Under the pieces are notes generated by a model. The model had not been told where the DNA came from. It did no database searches and saw nothing but the letters and a program-made list of their open reading frames with translations. The translations under genes were made by a program, and so were the position numbers. Source: Octopus vulgaris (lineage: Eukaryota). Taken from it: a stretch of 64,000 nucleotides of DNA. Positions 49,740 to 64,000 of this stretch are shown here, one piece after another. The stretch spans positions 10,354,001 to 10,418,000 of the forward strand of contig OX597818.1 of the NCBI GenBank assembly GCA_951406725.2. Reading direction: 5' to 3'. Every line of letters starts with the position of its first letter. Position 1 is the first letter of the stretch.

Positions 49740-50334
49740 CGAGGGTGAGTCAAAAAGTAATGCCATTTTGTTTAGGACAGGTATAATTACCAACACAAGA
49801 ACATGTATCATAGATTAAAATGAAGCTAGTCCGCTGTGGATCATATCCCTACTTCTCAACATAGTCGCCGTTTCTCTCAATAGCAATGTTCCACCTTCGA
49901 ATGAGAGCATGTAAAATTCTGCCACGTAAAATTTTGTTGACTGTTCTTTCAGCCACTTCTTCACTACAGTTTTCACTTCCTCGTCACTGGACTATCATCT
50001 CTTCGGCCCCATGAAAGAGGGTTTGAGAGGCAAACATTATTCCTGTGACGTGGAAGTGAAAACTGTAGTGAAGAAGTGGCTCAAAGAACAGTCAGCAGAA
50101 TTTTACCTGGCAGAATTTTACATGCTCTCATCCGAAGGTGGAACATTGCTATTGAGAAAAACGGTGACTATGTTGAGAAGTAGGGATGCGATCCACAGCG
50201 GACCAGCTTCATTTTGATCTATGATACATGTTCTTGTGAGGACCAGCTTCATTTTGATGCATGATACACATGTTCCTGTGTTGGTAATTATGCCTATTCT
50301 AAACAAAATGGTATTACTTTTAGACTCACCCTCG
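49740..50334. mobile_element. Palindromic mariner derivative made of two inverted 3' ends, inserted in a family D repeat (49652-50435)
   Basis: TIR cgagggtgagtc..gactcaccctcg-TA; arms about 49740-49987 and 50045-50334; DYHLFGPMKEGLRGKHYSCDVEVKTVVKKWLKEQ..RWNIAIEKNGDYVEK*. Confidence 0.9.
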
Positions 50335-51393
50335 TACTATAACTATGGCTATGTTATCCAATTGCCTTGTTTACAGCAGTAGGAAGATTTGACTGCTGAT
50401 TTTAACAGATCTAGCGACCGTTTAGAGGCCACTCCGTCTTACACTTTGATTGTTTGCTGGTGGTTGTGGTGATAATTATAGAGAGGATGTTGATATTCTT
50501 GATAATGTTATGGCGTTGATCATGCTTAATCCTAGGTGGGTTCTAAAGGACAAAAACCTGTGGTGAAAGGCGTTCCAGTCAAGACAATCATATTTTATAC
50601 ATCCATATCATAAAAATGGCGGTGCCCCAGCATGGCCACAGCTCGTGAGCTGAAACTAGATAAAATAAAATAAAATAAAAAAATATCAACGATGATATCC
50701 GTGGCTGTTTTAGAGAACAGCGTATGATTTAATGTAAATTTGGCTGATATTTCTAGCTAGTCACTTACATAGAATCTTCATCATAAATGATGGTTGTGGT
50801 AGGTGGTGGTGGTGGTGATGGTGGTGGTGGTGGTGGTGGTGATGGTGGTGGTGGTGGTGGTGGTGGTGGTGGTGGTGGTGGTGGTGGTGGTGGTGGTGGT
50901 CGTGGTGGTGGTGGTGGTCATCATCGTCGTCGTCGTCATCGCTGCCGCCGTGTCCTACTACTAATGACAATACTGACTGTCGGAAATCTTAACCCCATCA
51001 ACTTTAATTCCATCCTATTTATTTTGATTAACCAAAGAAATCGATTCATTCTAGAGTGCCCGACACACAGACAAAATCTCACATACATACATACATACAT
51101 ACATACATACATACATACATACATACATACATACATACATACATACATAAATACATACATACATACATACATACATACATACATACATACATACATACAT
51201 ACATACATACATACATACATACATACATACATACATACATACATACATACATACATACGTACGTACATACATACATACATACTTATAGACTGCGGCTATG
51301 CTGGAGCACCGCCTTGAGATATTTTAGTCGAATAAATCGATCCCAGAGTATGTACTTGCAACCAATACCGATTGACAAGCAGTGGTAGGGGAT

Positions 51394-52264
51394 TGTTATG
51401 AATGGGTCAATTTAAGGACAGTGGTTGCGACCTACTTTTGGAATAAATCCATTGTCCTGTCAGATTCAGGTGGATTGATTAGTTTTGGGGAGACCTGCGA
51501 CCCTTTTCAGGTGAAAGAAAGTTCGTTGGAAACACCCCTTAAAAAGCAGGAACTGTGAGTCTGTTAGAAAGTCACCGGCAACTCTACGAGAGACGGGACA
51601 GTCGAGGACAGAGCAAGTTAGTAACAGGTTGTTTCTGCTGCGACAGAGGAAGACAGGCAGAGACGATTAAGGAACTGAGAGAGATTGCGGCGAGAGGGCT
51701 TGGCGATTACGGTAGGCGAGCTGGCAGAAACGTTAGCACGCCGGACGAAATGCGTAGCTGTATTTCGTCTGCCGTTACGTTCTGAGTTCAAATTCCGCCA
51801 AGGTCGACTTTGCCTTTCATCCTTTCGGGGTCGATAAATTAAGTACCAGTTACGCACTGGGGTCGATATAATCGACTTAATCAGGTTGTCTGTCCTTGTT
51901 TGTCCCCTCTGTGTTTAGCCCCTTGTGGGTAGTAAAGAAATAGGTACGTGTACTGTTTAAATGCTTTGATTTGTTGTTTTCTTGCATGTATTTTCTTTGA
52001 ATTATTTGATGTTGTAATAATTGTATAAACTGTTATTAAATGTAGCCAATTGCCTTCCGCCGTCTCTCTCTGTGTTTCTTCCTGCTGTTGTTTGTTGTTG
52101 TTGTTCTCTCCGGTCGCCGGTTGCCGAGTTCGCTGCCATTCTCCCCCACCGAATTCTCTCCTTCCGTGGCGAATTCCTCGTTCGATCGAGCCAGTCAATC
52201 GTTGTCGCTCGATTTGGTAGGGTCCCGGGTTTCTGAAGAGTTTGAGCGACGGCAGGTCGTAACA
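51394..52264. mobile_element. Solo LTR (Gypsy-like) containing a family B SINE
   Basis: TGTTATGA..TCGTAACA termini with exact 4-bp TSD GGAT at 51390-51393 and 52265-52268. Confidence 0.8.
51714..51944 (+). mobile_element. Young family B SINE (head plus one 184-bp unit)
   Basis: Closely matches the units at 26517-27099; ends at ..gtagtaaagaaatagg. Confidence 0.9.
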
Positions 52265-52278
52265 GGATAAATAGACAC

Positions 52279-52335
<57 letters not shown>

Positions 52336-53659
52336 CTATGTCTAGTGAGACCCATTTATGTCATTCAACATACATTCATACATACATACATACATACATA
52401 CATACATACATACATACATACATACATACATACATTCAATCAGACAACATTGGTTTGCCCGAAATAGTAGTAGTAGAAGGCAATTGGCCGAAAATGTCGC
52501 GCGGAGGGACTGAGCCTTAAACCACGTGGTTGGAAAGCGAGCTTCTTAACCACACAGTTATGCCTGTGTCTATGTATGTATGTATGTATGTATGTATGTA
52601 TGTATGTATGTATGTATGTATGTATGTATGTATGTATGTATGTATGTATGTATGTATGTATGTATGTATGTATGTATGTATTTTGAAAGAGGGAGAATCG
52701 GGTGGAAAGGTTTAAGCACTATACAGGGTACGAGAAAGTAGGGTAATGTGAGGAGCAAGAAAGCGGAGAACAGCCATAAATCATGAACACTGGGTAGAGA
52801 CCTTAATGGCTGCTCCCCTGTCACCGATAGTTTTGGTTGTGTTGTTCTAGCGCTTGTTGTAGTAAGTGTTGTTATCGGTGTAGGTGTTGTTATAAATGAG
52901 TAGAAGCGATAAGTGGAGAGAGGAGAGAGAGAGAGAGAAAGAGGGAGAGAGTGTGATATCAAGGTGGTAGGACTGGAAAAAGAGGCTTTGGTCGCGCATG
53001 AAATGAAGATAAGCTGTGTGTGAGAGTGAAAGGAATGAGAGGGAAAGAGATGGGGAGAGTGAGAGAGCGGTAAGGAGGAAAATTGGGTATAACAAAAACT
53101 AGAAAAAGGATTGAAAGGAAAAAGAAAAAGTGGAGGAAGTGAAAGTGTTTAGTTAAATGATAACAAACATAAATAAATGATATTGAAATAGAGAGAAAGG
53201 AAATCGAGACAATGAAAATAAACAGGCCAGGATATACGTATGTATACATGTGTGTGTGTGTATGTGTATGCATACATACATGTTTTATATATATTCTTAT
53301 GTATGTATGTATGTATGTGTGTATGTATGTATGTATGTATGTATGTATGTATGTATGTATGTATGTATGTATGTATGTATGTATGTATGTATGTATGTAT
53401 TGCTAAGGGAAGTTACTCGAGGAGACCATGTCACATTTAGATAATTTACTTATCTGCTGCTGAGGTACTGTATTACATATGCAAACACATTTTGATGTAT
53501 GGAAATTTGTGTCTTACTTAGAGAAAGAAAACAAAAGCCTGGCCGTAATTCTTAGCGACTCTAAAAGAAAGTAAAAGAAAGAAAGCGAGTGTAATTTCAA
53601 GAAATGAAAATTAAATTGACAGAAACTGTAACTTTCAAGTTGAGAGAGAAAATCTGCAG

Positions 53660-54240
53660 TTGATAGCTACGAACATACTTCGGTCTTATTAGAACTCATC
53701 ATTGCAGCATTGGCTTATCAAAATACGTTTGCTTTAGAAAAAGTATAGTGATAGAAGGGTAGAATTCGAAAAGAACAAATTGCGTAAATTCGCAGAAAGG
53801 ATTTGCTATCTTTACTTAACACGCTTTCAGCAAAGTTAATTAACCTATGAAATTGTCATTGCGAGTTGTAAATGTAAGTTACGGTTTATTCGTGAGTTTG
53901 AATATTCCATTCTACTGTCTACTGTGACGCTTGTGCCATTTTCATTGACTTTTAAATTTTATAAAACTGTATGTCTAGCTTTATTATTACTATTAGTAGT
54001 GTTATTGAATAAGTAAGTCTGTATTATGTGTCTCGCCAATAAAATCTTTGTCTCTGATGACACGGAAAGTTTATTTAAATTTCGCAGAGATTTTAGATAT
54101 TTGTTTACAATTATAAATGTTTTCAAGTAGTTTTCAATGTTCTTATTCAATTATTTTATAAATAACTGTTTCTACACCAAGCTCTCACTTTCACCAGCAA
54201 TATCATAATAGTTCACCGGCAATTTATTTACCAATATCAT
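53660..54240 (-). pseudogene. Possible very old Penelope-like 3' remnant
   Basis: DKDFIGET (YIGET-like), then a decayed hammerhead-like (A)UGAUGAGUUCUAAUAAGACCGAA near 53667-53710. Confidence 0.3.
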
Positions 54241-54679
54241 ACCAATTATTGTATTCCATATTAAAATCACTATCGATGTAAAGGAACCCTTAAATGAAAA
54301 TTCGGGCTATCACATCCCTATGGTTTATCAACTGTCTTTCATGCACATGCTTCTGTTATTTCTATAATGATGAATTACCTGTGTCTTTTTCCACTAGTTA
54401 ACTAATCACTACTTATGAAGGCCTTCTTAAACGTCTTTAGTCTAATACCAGCCATCTCTAGATCTCATAATCTTAGGCCTTTCTTTTCCTATGCCCACTT
54501 CATATTTCTTCCCCATGGTAGCGTGGAAACCAGTATGAGGTTGGCATATGAAAGGAAGATAACAACTAGGATTTATGTTATGTCAAACTGTGCCGTAAGG
54601 GCTTTGCTTCAGTTATATATTTCGGAAGAGACAGGGGGGATAGAGAGGGAGAGAGAGAGAGAGAGAGGGGGAGAGAGGG

Positions 54680-54900
54680 CGATGCAGGTGTGGGTGTGTA
54701 GTAAGAAGGTTCGTTCCCAACCACATAGTTTCGAGTTCAGTCCCACTGCGTGGCACTTTGGGCAAGTGTCTTCTACTATAGCCTCGGAATGATTAAAGAC
54801 TTGTGAGTGGATTTGATAGACAGAAACTGAAACCGTCTTATATATATGTGTGTGTGTATATATCTAGGTGTGTATGTTTATCTTTGTCCCCTATCCACCG
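54680..54900 (+). mobile_element. SINE family A, 5' half
   Basis: gagttcagtcccactgcgtggcactttgggcaagtgtcttctactatagcctcgg. Confidence 0.85.
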
Positions 54901-55186
54901 CCTGAAATGGAGGGTCAAAGTTGGGAACAAAAAATAACGGTGGAGATATACAAGGTAAGCGAATGAAAACAAACATGGAGGGTCGTTAGACTAGCACGAG
55001 AGGAATATAGTAAACGCAGGGTGAAACAATTTTTTGAAAAGCTAAAATATAGAAGAGAGAGAGAAAAATATGCCCACTCGTTTGAACGCTCTTGCAAGAA
55101 ATGGAAGATGGTCACACACGTGAAGAAAAGAAAGATGGACGATGGTCACGTGTGAGCAACGATATATATATATATACTTTTGCTAC

Positions 55187-55235
55187 AAAAACTGTCCGAT
55201 GAACGGCAACGGGAAACTCAGAGTAACAGGTTTTG
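55187..55235 (+). ncRNA. Minimal hammerhead motif with CCGAUGA core variant
   Basis: AAAACUGU-CCGAUGA-ACG(GCAA)CGG-GAA-ACUCAGAGU-A-ACAGGUUUU; followed by AATAAA and a T-rich tail to about 55336. Confidence 0.6.
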
Positions 55236-55543
55236 TTGAATTTTCTGCTGCTTTAAATAAAGCATATTACTCTACCACTGGTATTTGAGTACTCTTTTTT
55301 CCTCTTTGTTTCACATTTATGTGTTTACTCCGGTATAAAGAACACAAACATATATGTAGAATGAATTGACGGCAATCTATCATACAATTTTAAGTTATCT
55401 ACGGACGCACGTTTCGAAATCAAGTTTTTAGGAAAGCATAAGAATTATATATATATACAAGATAAGAAAATGGAGAAATACATCTAAATCAAATATCAAT
55501 TACCAGATAATACTCAATCGCATACTTTATTAAACCACCACAT

Positions 55544-56545
55544 AAGGATAATATCGTTATTCAAATAACAATCAAATCAAGTGGCAGCATGAGAAGAAAA
55601 TATCTTATAGGTTATTATTAAAATTATAAATAAGGGATATCACCATGATTGGAATAGAAGTTAAAACCTGACTCTAAAATCACATCATGTATTCAATACA
55701 CCACAAGGTAAACACAGATAAACTAGTGGAAATTGGATAATTCCAAACCTTGGGTTGCTGGCTCTGTATAAAAATAGTTTACCTTCGTCAATGAAATATA
55801 CCAAGAATTGTAAATAATTACATATATATATACACACAAGCATGCGAATACTTACGTATATACACAACCAGTTCAGTATGCACGTATATACACGACCAGT
55901 TCAGTTATCCGTTCAAACACCATGTGCTTGTATGGTCGAAATACCACCGTTGTAAATATAATGACAAAGTAAATATATATAAATTTCTATTTAAATAAGG
56001 ATAAGATCGTAATTTAAATAACGATCAAATCAAGTGGCAGCATGGAAAGAAAAAGCCTTATCTCTCTATATATAAACGGCAGTTTGTCTGTGTGTGTTTC
56101 TGTGTGTCTGTTAGGTTGTACCCTCACCTTGACCACGGCTTTCAACCGATTCTGATGAAACTTGACACACACATAGCCCAATGTCATAAACCATCATTTT
56201 TTTTTCCATTTATTGGCTATAACTCTCTAAAAATGCTTTATAGTTATTTCCCTTACAAACCCGAGCAACGCCGGGCGATACTGCTAGTAGGTTATAAATA
56301 TTATTAAAATTATAAATAAGGGTATCTAAGAGATACCACCATACTTGAAATAGCACTCAAAATCTGACTCTAAAAACCACATCATGTATTCAATATGGCA
56401 CAAGGTGAAAAGATAGTGTTCACTAGTTTATCTATTTCTCTTTTCACCTTGTGCTGTATTGAATACATGATGTGGTTTTAGAGTCAGGTTTTGACTGCAA
56501 TTTCAAGCACGATGGTATCTCTTAGATACCCTTATCTATAATTAT
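55544..56545 (-). mobile_element. Penelope-like direct plus inverted repeat cluster with a decayed hammerhead (55741-55796)
   Basis: 55544-55730 is repeated at 55995-56415 and inverted at 56421-56545; minus strand UUUCA-UUGACGAA..GCAACCCAAGGUU-UGGAA. Confidence 0.6.
56061..56287 (+). mobile_element. Complete non-autonomous Helitron (227 bp)
   Basis: A|TC start; subterminal hairpin cccgagcaacgccggg; CTAG|T end; no TSD; the paralogous empty site ctta|taggtt is at about 55606. Confidence 0.9.
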
Positions 56546-56602
56546 ATATATATAAGTATAAGTCAGTTAAAATGGTTGGGTTGTGTAACAGCACGTGGAG
56601 AA

Positions 56603-56634
<32 letters not shown>

Positions 56635-56659
56635 ATATATGTATGTACGTATGTATGTA

Positions 56660-57530
56660 TATAGGTGTAGGAGTGGCTGTGTTGTTCCGGTTTCAATCCC
56701 ACCTCATGGCACCTCGGGCAAGTGTCTTCTACTATAGCCTCGGATCGACCAAAGCCTTGTGAGTGGGTTTGGTAGACGAAAACTGAAAAAAGACCGTTGT
56801 ATACATATGTGTGTGTGCATGGGGGGTCTGTGTTTGTCTCCCTCACCCAACATCGCTTTACAACTGATGTTGGTGAGTTGACGTCCTCGTAACTTAGCTG
56901 TTCAGCAAAAGAGACTGATATAGAATAAGTCCTAGGGTCGACCTGTTCGACTAAAAGCGGTGCTCCAGCATGGCCGCAGTCAAGTCACAGAAACAAATAA
57001 AAGAATATAAGAATATATATATATATTCACACACATAATCAAGCTATATTAAACTCACAACTCTATCAAAATGTGTTGAGTTCATCTTTCTTTCATTTGT
57101 TCGCATATCATATGCATGTCTATAATTATACATACACACATACATATACATACATGTATATATGTGCATGAACAAGTGTGTTTTTCTTCTTTTATCATTT
57201 ACTTGTTTCAGTCATTAGACTGCAGCCATGCTGGGGTACGCCTTGAAGAATTTCGAATGAATCGACACTGGACTTATTCTATCGGTCTCTTTTGCCGAGA
57301 TGCTAAGTTACGATGACATAAACATAACATAGCATCAAACGATGGTGGGGGAAAAACACAGACACAAAGACACATATAGGGGCCTCTTTGGGTTTCCGTC
57401 TACCAAATCCACTCACAAGGCTTTGGTCGGGCCGAATCTATAGTAGACGACACCAGCCAAGGTGTCACGCAGTGGGACTGAACCCGGAGACCATGTGGTT
57501 GGGAAGCAAGCTTCTTACCAAACAGCCATG
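56660..57530. mobile_element. Two family A SINEs, tail-to-tail (+ 56660-57010; - 57190-57530)
   Basis: Family A motifs in opposite orientation. Confidence 0.85.
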
Positions 57531-57531
57531 C

Positions 57532-57685
<154 letters not shown>

Positions 57686-57717
57686 CAGATATATACATGT
57701 GACCAAACCTTTTGATG

Positions 57718-57837
57718 TAATCCTGATGAAGTGCCACACCAATGTAAATGAACCGTAAATATTTCATAACTTTTCACATGAAATCGTGTATGTGCAATGG
57801 TGTTAAAATTGGGCTGATATCGAAACAGTTGTGATTA
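57718..57837 (+). other. Degenerate hammerhead-like motif with long stem II insert
   Basis: UAAUC-CUGAUGA..(about 90 nt)..CGAAACAGUUGU-GAUUA; the cleavage-site base is missing. Confidence 0.4.
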
Positions 57838-58304
57838 GAAATAAGGATGTTCTCAAATACTTTCTCATCTTCTTACTTCGATTTTACGGGTGTGTGTGTG
57901 AGTGTGAGTCTGGGTGTGCGCGCCCGCGACCGCTGACGTAATTGCCGTGTATAAGTACTCCAGTAGCAAGTAATAATACCACGATGCAATATATAAAAAT
58001 ATTTTAACAAATTTATCATACAAAGTATTTCACATGTGTATATCATGTGTGTATGTATGCATGAATATATAAATGTATACGCATATTTATTTAAAATCTG
58101 TTGATAGGAAATAGTTTAGTCTCAAAATACGAACGAAAAGTAATGCGCATTAACAGGCATAAACATTAATATATATATATAAAATATTCAAAATATTTAT
58201 TTCAGTGTTTTATAAACTTACATTTAGTTCCATACGCATATGCTCACTCACTCACTCTCTCTTTCTCTCTCTCACACACACACACACACGCACATACACA
58301 CATA

Positions 58305-58385
<81 letters not shown>

Positions 58386-58980
58386 ACATAAATGTACAGT
58401 CACACGTCATACACTATGCCATATGTAAAACCAATTAAGTGTGTATATTTGTTCAGCAATATACATGTACCACATTTTATCGCACAATTTTTTAATAGTA
58501 CGAATTTTGCCTCAGGAGTAACAGGTCACTGTTATATGTAACAGCATATATCTGATACACTAAAGCAAAATAAAATATCTCTAAAATTTACATCAATCAA
58601 CTAAGGTACTCGTAGACATAACTGTAGCACATTTGTGCACATACCTTTCTCAGTAATGACATGGAGCGACAGCAGAAATTATTCTACTTTTATCATGTTA
58701 TATTTAATTTACTGTAAAGATCAACTCTCAGCTGGGGGCGCTTAATTGTATTATTTATTCTTTATGTGGTGAGCTTAAAAGTTATCGGAAATTTTGCCAA
58801 TCTAACAAGAATCAAAATAGTACTCATATACAGTATGTCATGCAATAAAATAAACATTTTTATAAATTTGAAATCAATCTACCAGTCAAGTACTGGGGTC
58901 AGTGTAATTAACTATTCCTCCTTTACCAGAATTTCAGGTCTTGTACTTATAGTAGAAAAGATTATAATATTATTATAATT

Positions 58981-59625
58981 GAGTGAGAAAGCAGTGCTTG
59001 CCATCAAAGTGACACGGATAAAGTATACGAAACCCAATATACCCATCATGACGACCCGTCTGATAAGGGTATACTAGGCACTTGCATCACAAACATATGT
59101 GCGCGACATGGTGATCTAATATCAAGATAAACAGTACCTGATCTTGCAGGTGGAGCCCAGATAGAATTTTCTTCAGGACGAGTAGCCCATCGCGTTCAAA
59201 AGGTCACTGAATAAGGTTGATTAAGAATATTGAACGAAACACGTTTCCACGGATGAATTAGTCAAGCACCAAACAGTTCCTCTCAACACATGGCTATAAT
59301 GTTAGCCAACTACTTCTGCTCGTAATCAGAGATGCACATATCGTCAGCCAGCAAGAGATATGCTTAACTAGTTGAGGTCAAACAACTGACAAGCAGATCT
59401 GTGGTATTGAGCACAATATTTGCTGCAGTCCATCGTTTATGCCAAGACAAAACAATGTACATGATAACATTTCCAATGAGTTAAGATCAGAAGCCATGAA
59501 AACCACTGCCCGATACTGCATCAGAGCCAACAGAATATTTGCTGTAGCCCATCTTTTATATCAAGACAAAACAATGTACATGGCAACACTTCTAATTGGT
59601 TACGATGAGAAGCCATGAAAGCCAT
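58981..59625 (-). repeat. (TAA)n-associated repeat, local family F (also 61722-62113 and 63056-63290)
   Basis: gccatcaaagtgacac..tacccatcatgac..gataagggtacac is shared by three copies, each in a TTA-rich context; internal duplication of about 115 bp at 59410-59625. Confidence 0.8.
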
Positions 59626-59636
59626 ATTATTATTGT

Positions 59637-59705
<69 letters not shown>

Positions 59706-59707
<2 letters not shown>

Positions 59708-59920
59708 AGGTGGCGAACTAGTAGAATCGTTAGTACACCGGGTGAAATGCTTAGAATTATTTCGTCTACCTCTACGTTCTAAGTTCAAATTCTGCGGAGA
59801 TTGACTTTGCCTTTCCTCCTTTCTGGGTCGATAAATTAAGTACCAGTTAAGTACTGGAGTCGATCTAATCGACTATCCGTCTCTGCCAAGTTTCAGGCCT
59901 TGTGCCTATAGGAGAAAGGG
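59706..59920 (+). mobile_element. SINE family B (another at 63540-63727)
   Basis: aaggtggcgaactagtagaatcgttag..ccttgtgcctataggagaaagg. Confidence 0.85.
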
Positions 59921-59943
59921 TTATTATTATTATTATTATTATT

Positions 59944-59991
<48 letters not shown>

Positions 59992-60050
59992 ATTATTATT
60001 ATTATTGTTATTGTTGTTGTTGTTGTTGTTGTTGTTATTATTATTATTAT

Positions 60051-60850
<800 letters not shown>

Positions 60851-60887
60851 ATTATTATTATTATTATCATTATTATTATTATTATTA

Positions 60888-61495
60888 TTCAGTAGTTTTA
60901 TTTTTATAGCGTGCTTTCACTTCACTACCGAGCGCAGCTCTGTGTGCCTTGGGTATGTGCTGTGATTTGTTGTGATGCTCTGATGGTTATTGTATGGAAA
61001 GTGTTCTGCGTAGGATGTGTGCAGTGCCTGGTAGTGCAATTTTCTGTATGTTATATGTGTTTGTAAGTCCTGGTGTTTTTGTTATGTATTTGTCTGAATA
61101 TTTTTTTATCATGCCTAATGCACCTACTATGATAGGAATTGTTTCTGTTTTCAGATTCCACATTCTAGTTACCTCTATTTCCAGGTCTTTGTATTTTGAG
61201 AGTTTCTCCATTTCTTTTAGAGACACGTTGTCATCTGCCGGTATTGATACATCAATTAGAAAGCATTTTTTTTCTTCATGATCTCTGACAACTATATCTG
61301 GTCTGTTGGCCTAATTTCTCTATCTGTGTGTATCGGCATATCCCAGAGTATGGTTGCTTTCTCGTTTTCTATGACCTTTTCTGGTGTGTGCCTATACCAT
61401 CTTTTTTCTGTTGTTATTCCATAATGTTGGCATAGCTTCCAATGTATGTAGGTTCCAACTCTGTCATGTCTGTATTATTCCTTCTTAGCCAGGAC
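60888..61495 (-). pseudogene. Dong/R4-like LINE RLE domain and 3' UTR (second subfamily)
   Basis: NEKATILWDMPIHTDRE..RPDIVVRDHEEKKCFLIDVSIPADDNVSLKEMEKLSKYKDLEIEVTRMWNLKTETIPIIVGALG..GTAHILRRTL. Confidence 0.9.
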
Positions 61496-61617
61496 TATTA
61501 TTATTTATTGTTTCTTGTATCTATTATTATTATTTCTTTTCATTACATTGCAATTAAAAATCCCTCTGTTTCTGCTTTGAGTCCTGATTTTCTTTGTCTA
61601 TTTCTTTTTGCGTTTAG

Positions 61618-61689
<72 letters not shown>

Positions 61690-62125
61690 TTATTATTAGT
61701 ATTATGATCATCATTATTATTGAGTGAAAGAGCAGTGCATGCCATCAAAGTGACATTGGGGTAAAATATACGAAGCCCAGTATACCCATCATGACTATCC
61801 GTCTGATAAGGGTACACTAGGCACATGCATGACGCGACATGGTGATCTCATATCAAGATAAACAGTGCATGACCTTGCAGGTGGGGACCCAGTTAGAATT
61901 TTCATCAGGTTGACTAGCCCATTCCACTCAAAAGGTTCCTGAATAAGGGTTGTTCAAGGATGTGGAATGAAACACCCATGTTTCCAAAGGTGAATTATCC
62001 AAAACCCAAATAATTCCTCTTGACACATTACTCCTGCTCATGATCAGAGATGCACATATCGGCAGCCACTAAGGGACATGCTCAACTGGTTAAGGTCAAA
62101 CAACTGACAAGCAATATTATTGTTG

Positions 62126-62178
<53 letters not shown>

Positions 62179-62212
62179 TTGTTGACTTATTTTTGTTGTT
62201 GTTTGTTGTTGT

Positions 62213-62990
<778 letters not shown>

Positions 62991-63355
62991 TTATTATTAG
63001 TTATTATGATTATTATTATTATTATTGTTGTTGCTGTTGTTGTTCAGTAGTCTTATGCCATCAAAGTGACACTGGGGTAAAATATACGAAGCCCAATATA
63101 CCCATCATGACTACCCGTCTGATAAAGGTACACCAGGCACATGCATCACAACCATATGTGCGCGACATGGTGATCTCATATCAAGATAAACAGCACATGA
63201 CCTTGCAGGTGGGGCCCAGTTAGAATTTTCTTCAGGTTGAGTAGCCCATCCCGCTCAAAAGGTCCCTGAATAAGGGTTGTTTAAGGATTCTGAAAGAACC
63301 ATTATGTATTATTAGGTGATTATTATTCAATTATTATTATTAGAATCCTTATTAA

Positions 63356-63521
<166 letters not shown>

Positions 63522-63735
63522 CGTCCTTTTCATCATCCTCCGATAGCATACCGGGCAAAATGCATTTCGCCCATCCTTACGTTCTGAGTTCAAATACCGC
63601 CGAGGTCGAATTTGCTTTTCATCCTTTTGGGGTTGATAAAATAAGTACCAGTTAAGCACAAGTGTCAAAGTAATCGACTTATCCCTTCCCTAGAAATTTC
63701 TGGCCTTGTGCCAAAATTTGAAACCTATTATCATT

Positions 63736-63800
<65 letters not shown>

Positions 63801-64000
63801 CATCATCATTATTATTATTATTATCATTATTATTATTATTATCATTATTATCAATATTATAATTATTATCATTATTATTATTATGATGATTATTACTTCA
63901 TACACGCACAACAGATTAAAGTGTTGGAAAAGAAAACATCCTAGCATCGGGCTACAAGTAACCTTAGATTTCAGAGAACCCCCTAAGTATCTTAGCTGTC

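Larger units (their letters stand above)
51285..52570 (-). mobile_element. SINE family A split by a solo LTR
   Basis: Tail piece 51285-51393 (gactgcggctatgctggagcaccgcc); head piece to ..aaccacacagttatgcctg. Confidence 0.7.

Noticed and set aside
50787-51317. 176-aa glycine-rich ORF
   Set aside because: A (GGT)n plus (TACA)n read-through ending in a SINE.

Overview
AT-rich, repeat-saturated metazoan DNA. The SINE, microsatellite and LINE repertoire resembles octopus/cephalopod sequence (inferred from recall, not searched). I found no host exon, intact tRNA/rRNA or CRISPR array. Nearly all supplied ORFs are microsatellite or SINE read-through. Recognisable content: (1) several tRNA-derived SINE families, labelled A-C here, plus unclassified short repeats D and F; (2) decayed Tc1/mariner, maT, pogo/Tigger and Helitron elements; (3) RTE and R4/Dong-type (restriction-like endonuclease) LINE remnants sitting in (TACA)n or (TAA)n microsatellites; (4) two solo LTRs; (5) a foldback element with a telomere-like core. 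The most notable signal is a set of unrelated small non-coding elements carrying type I hammerhead ribozyme motifs, most with Penelope-like direct/inverted tail duplications. One has a 176-nt ribozyme-to-ribozyme unit (retrozyme/circRNA candidate) and one has a tRNA-derived Pol III head. Coordinates were read by eye and boundaries are approximate unless a TSD or TIR is quoted.
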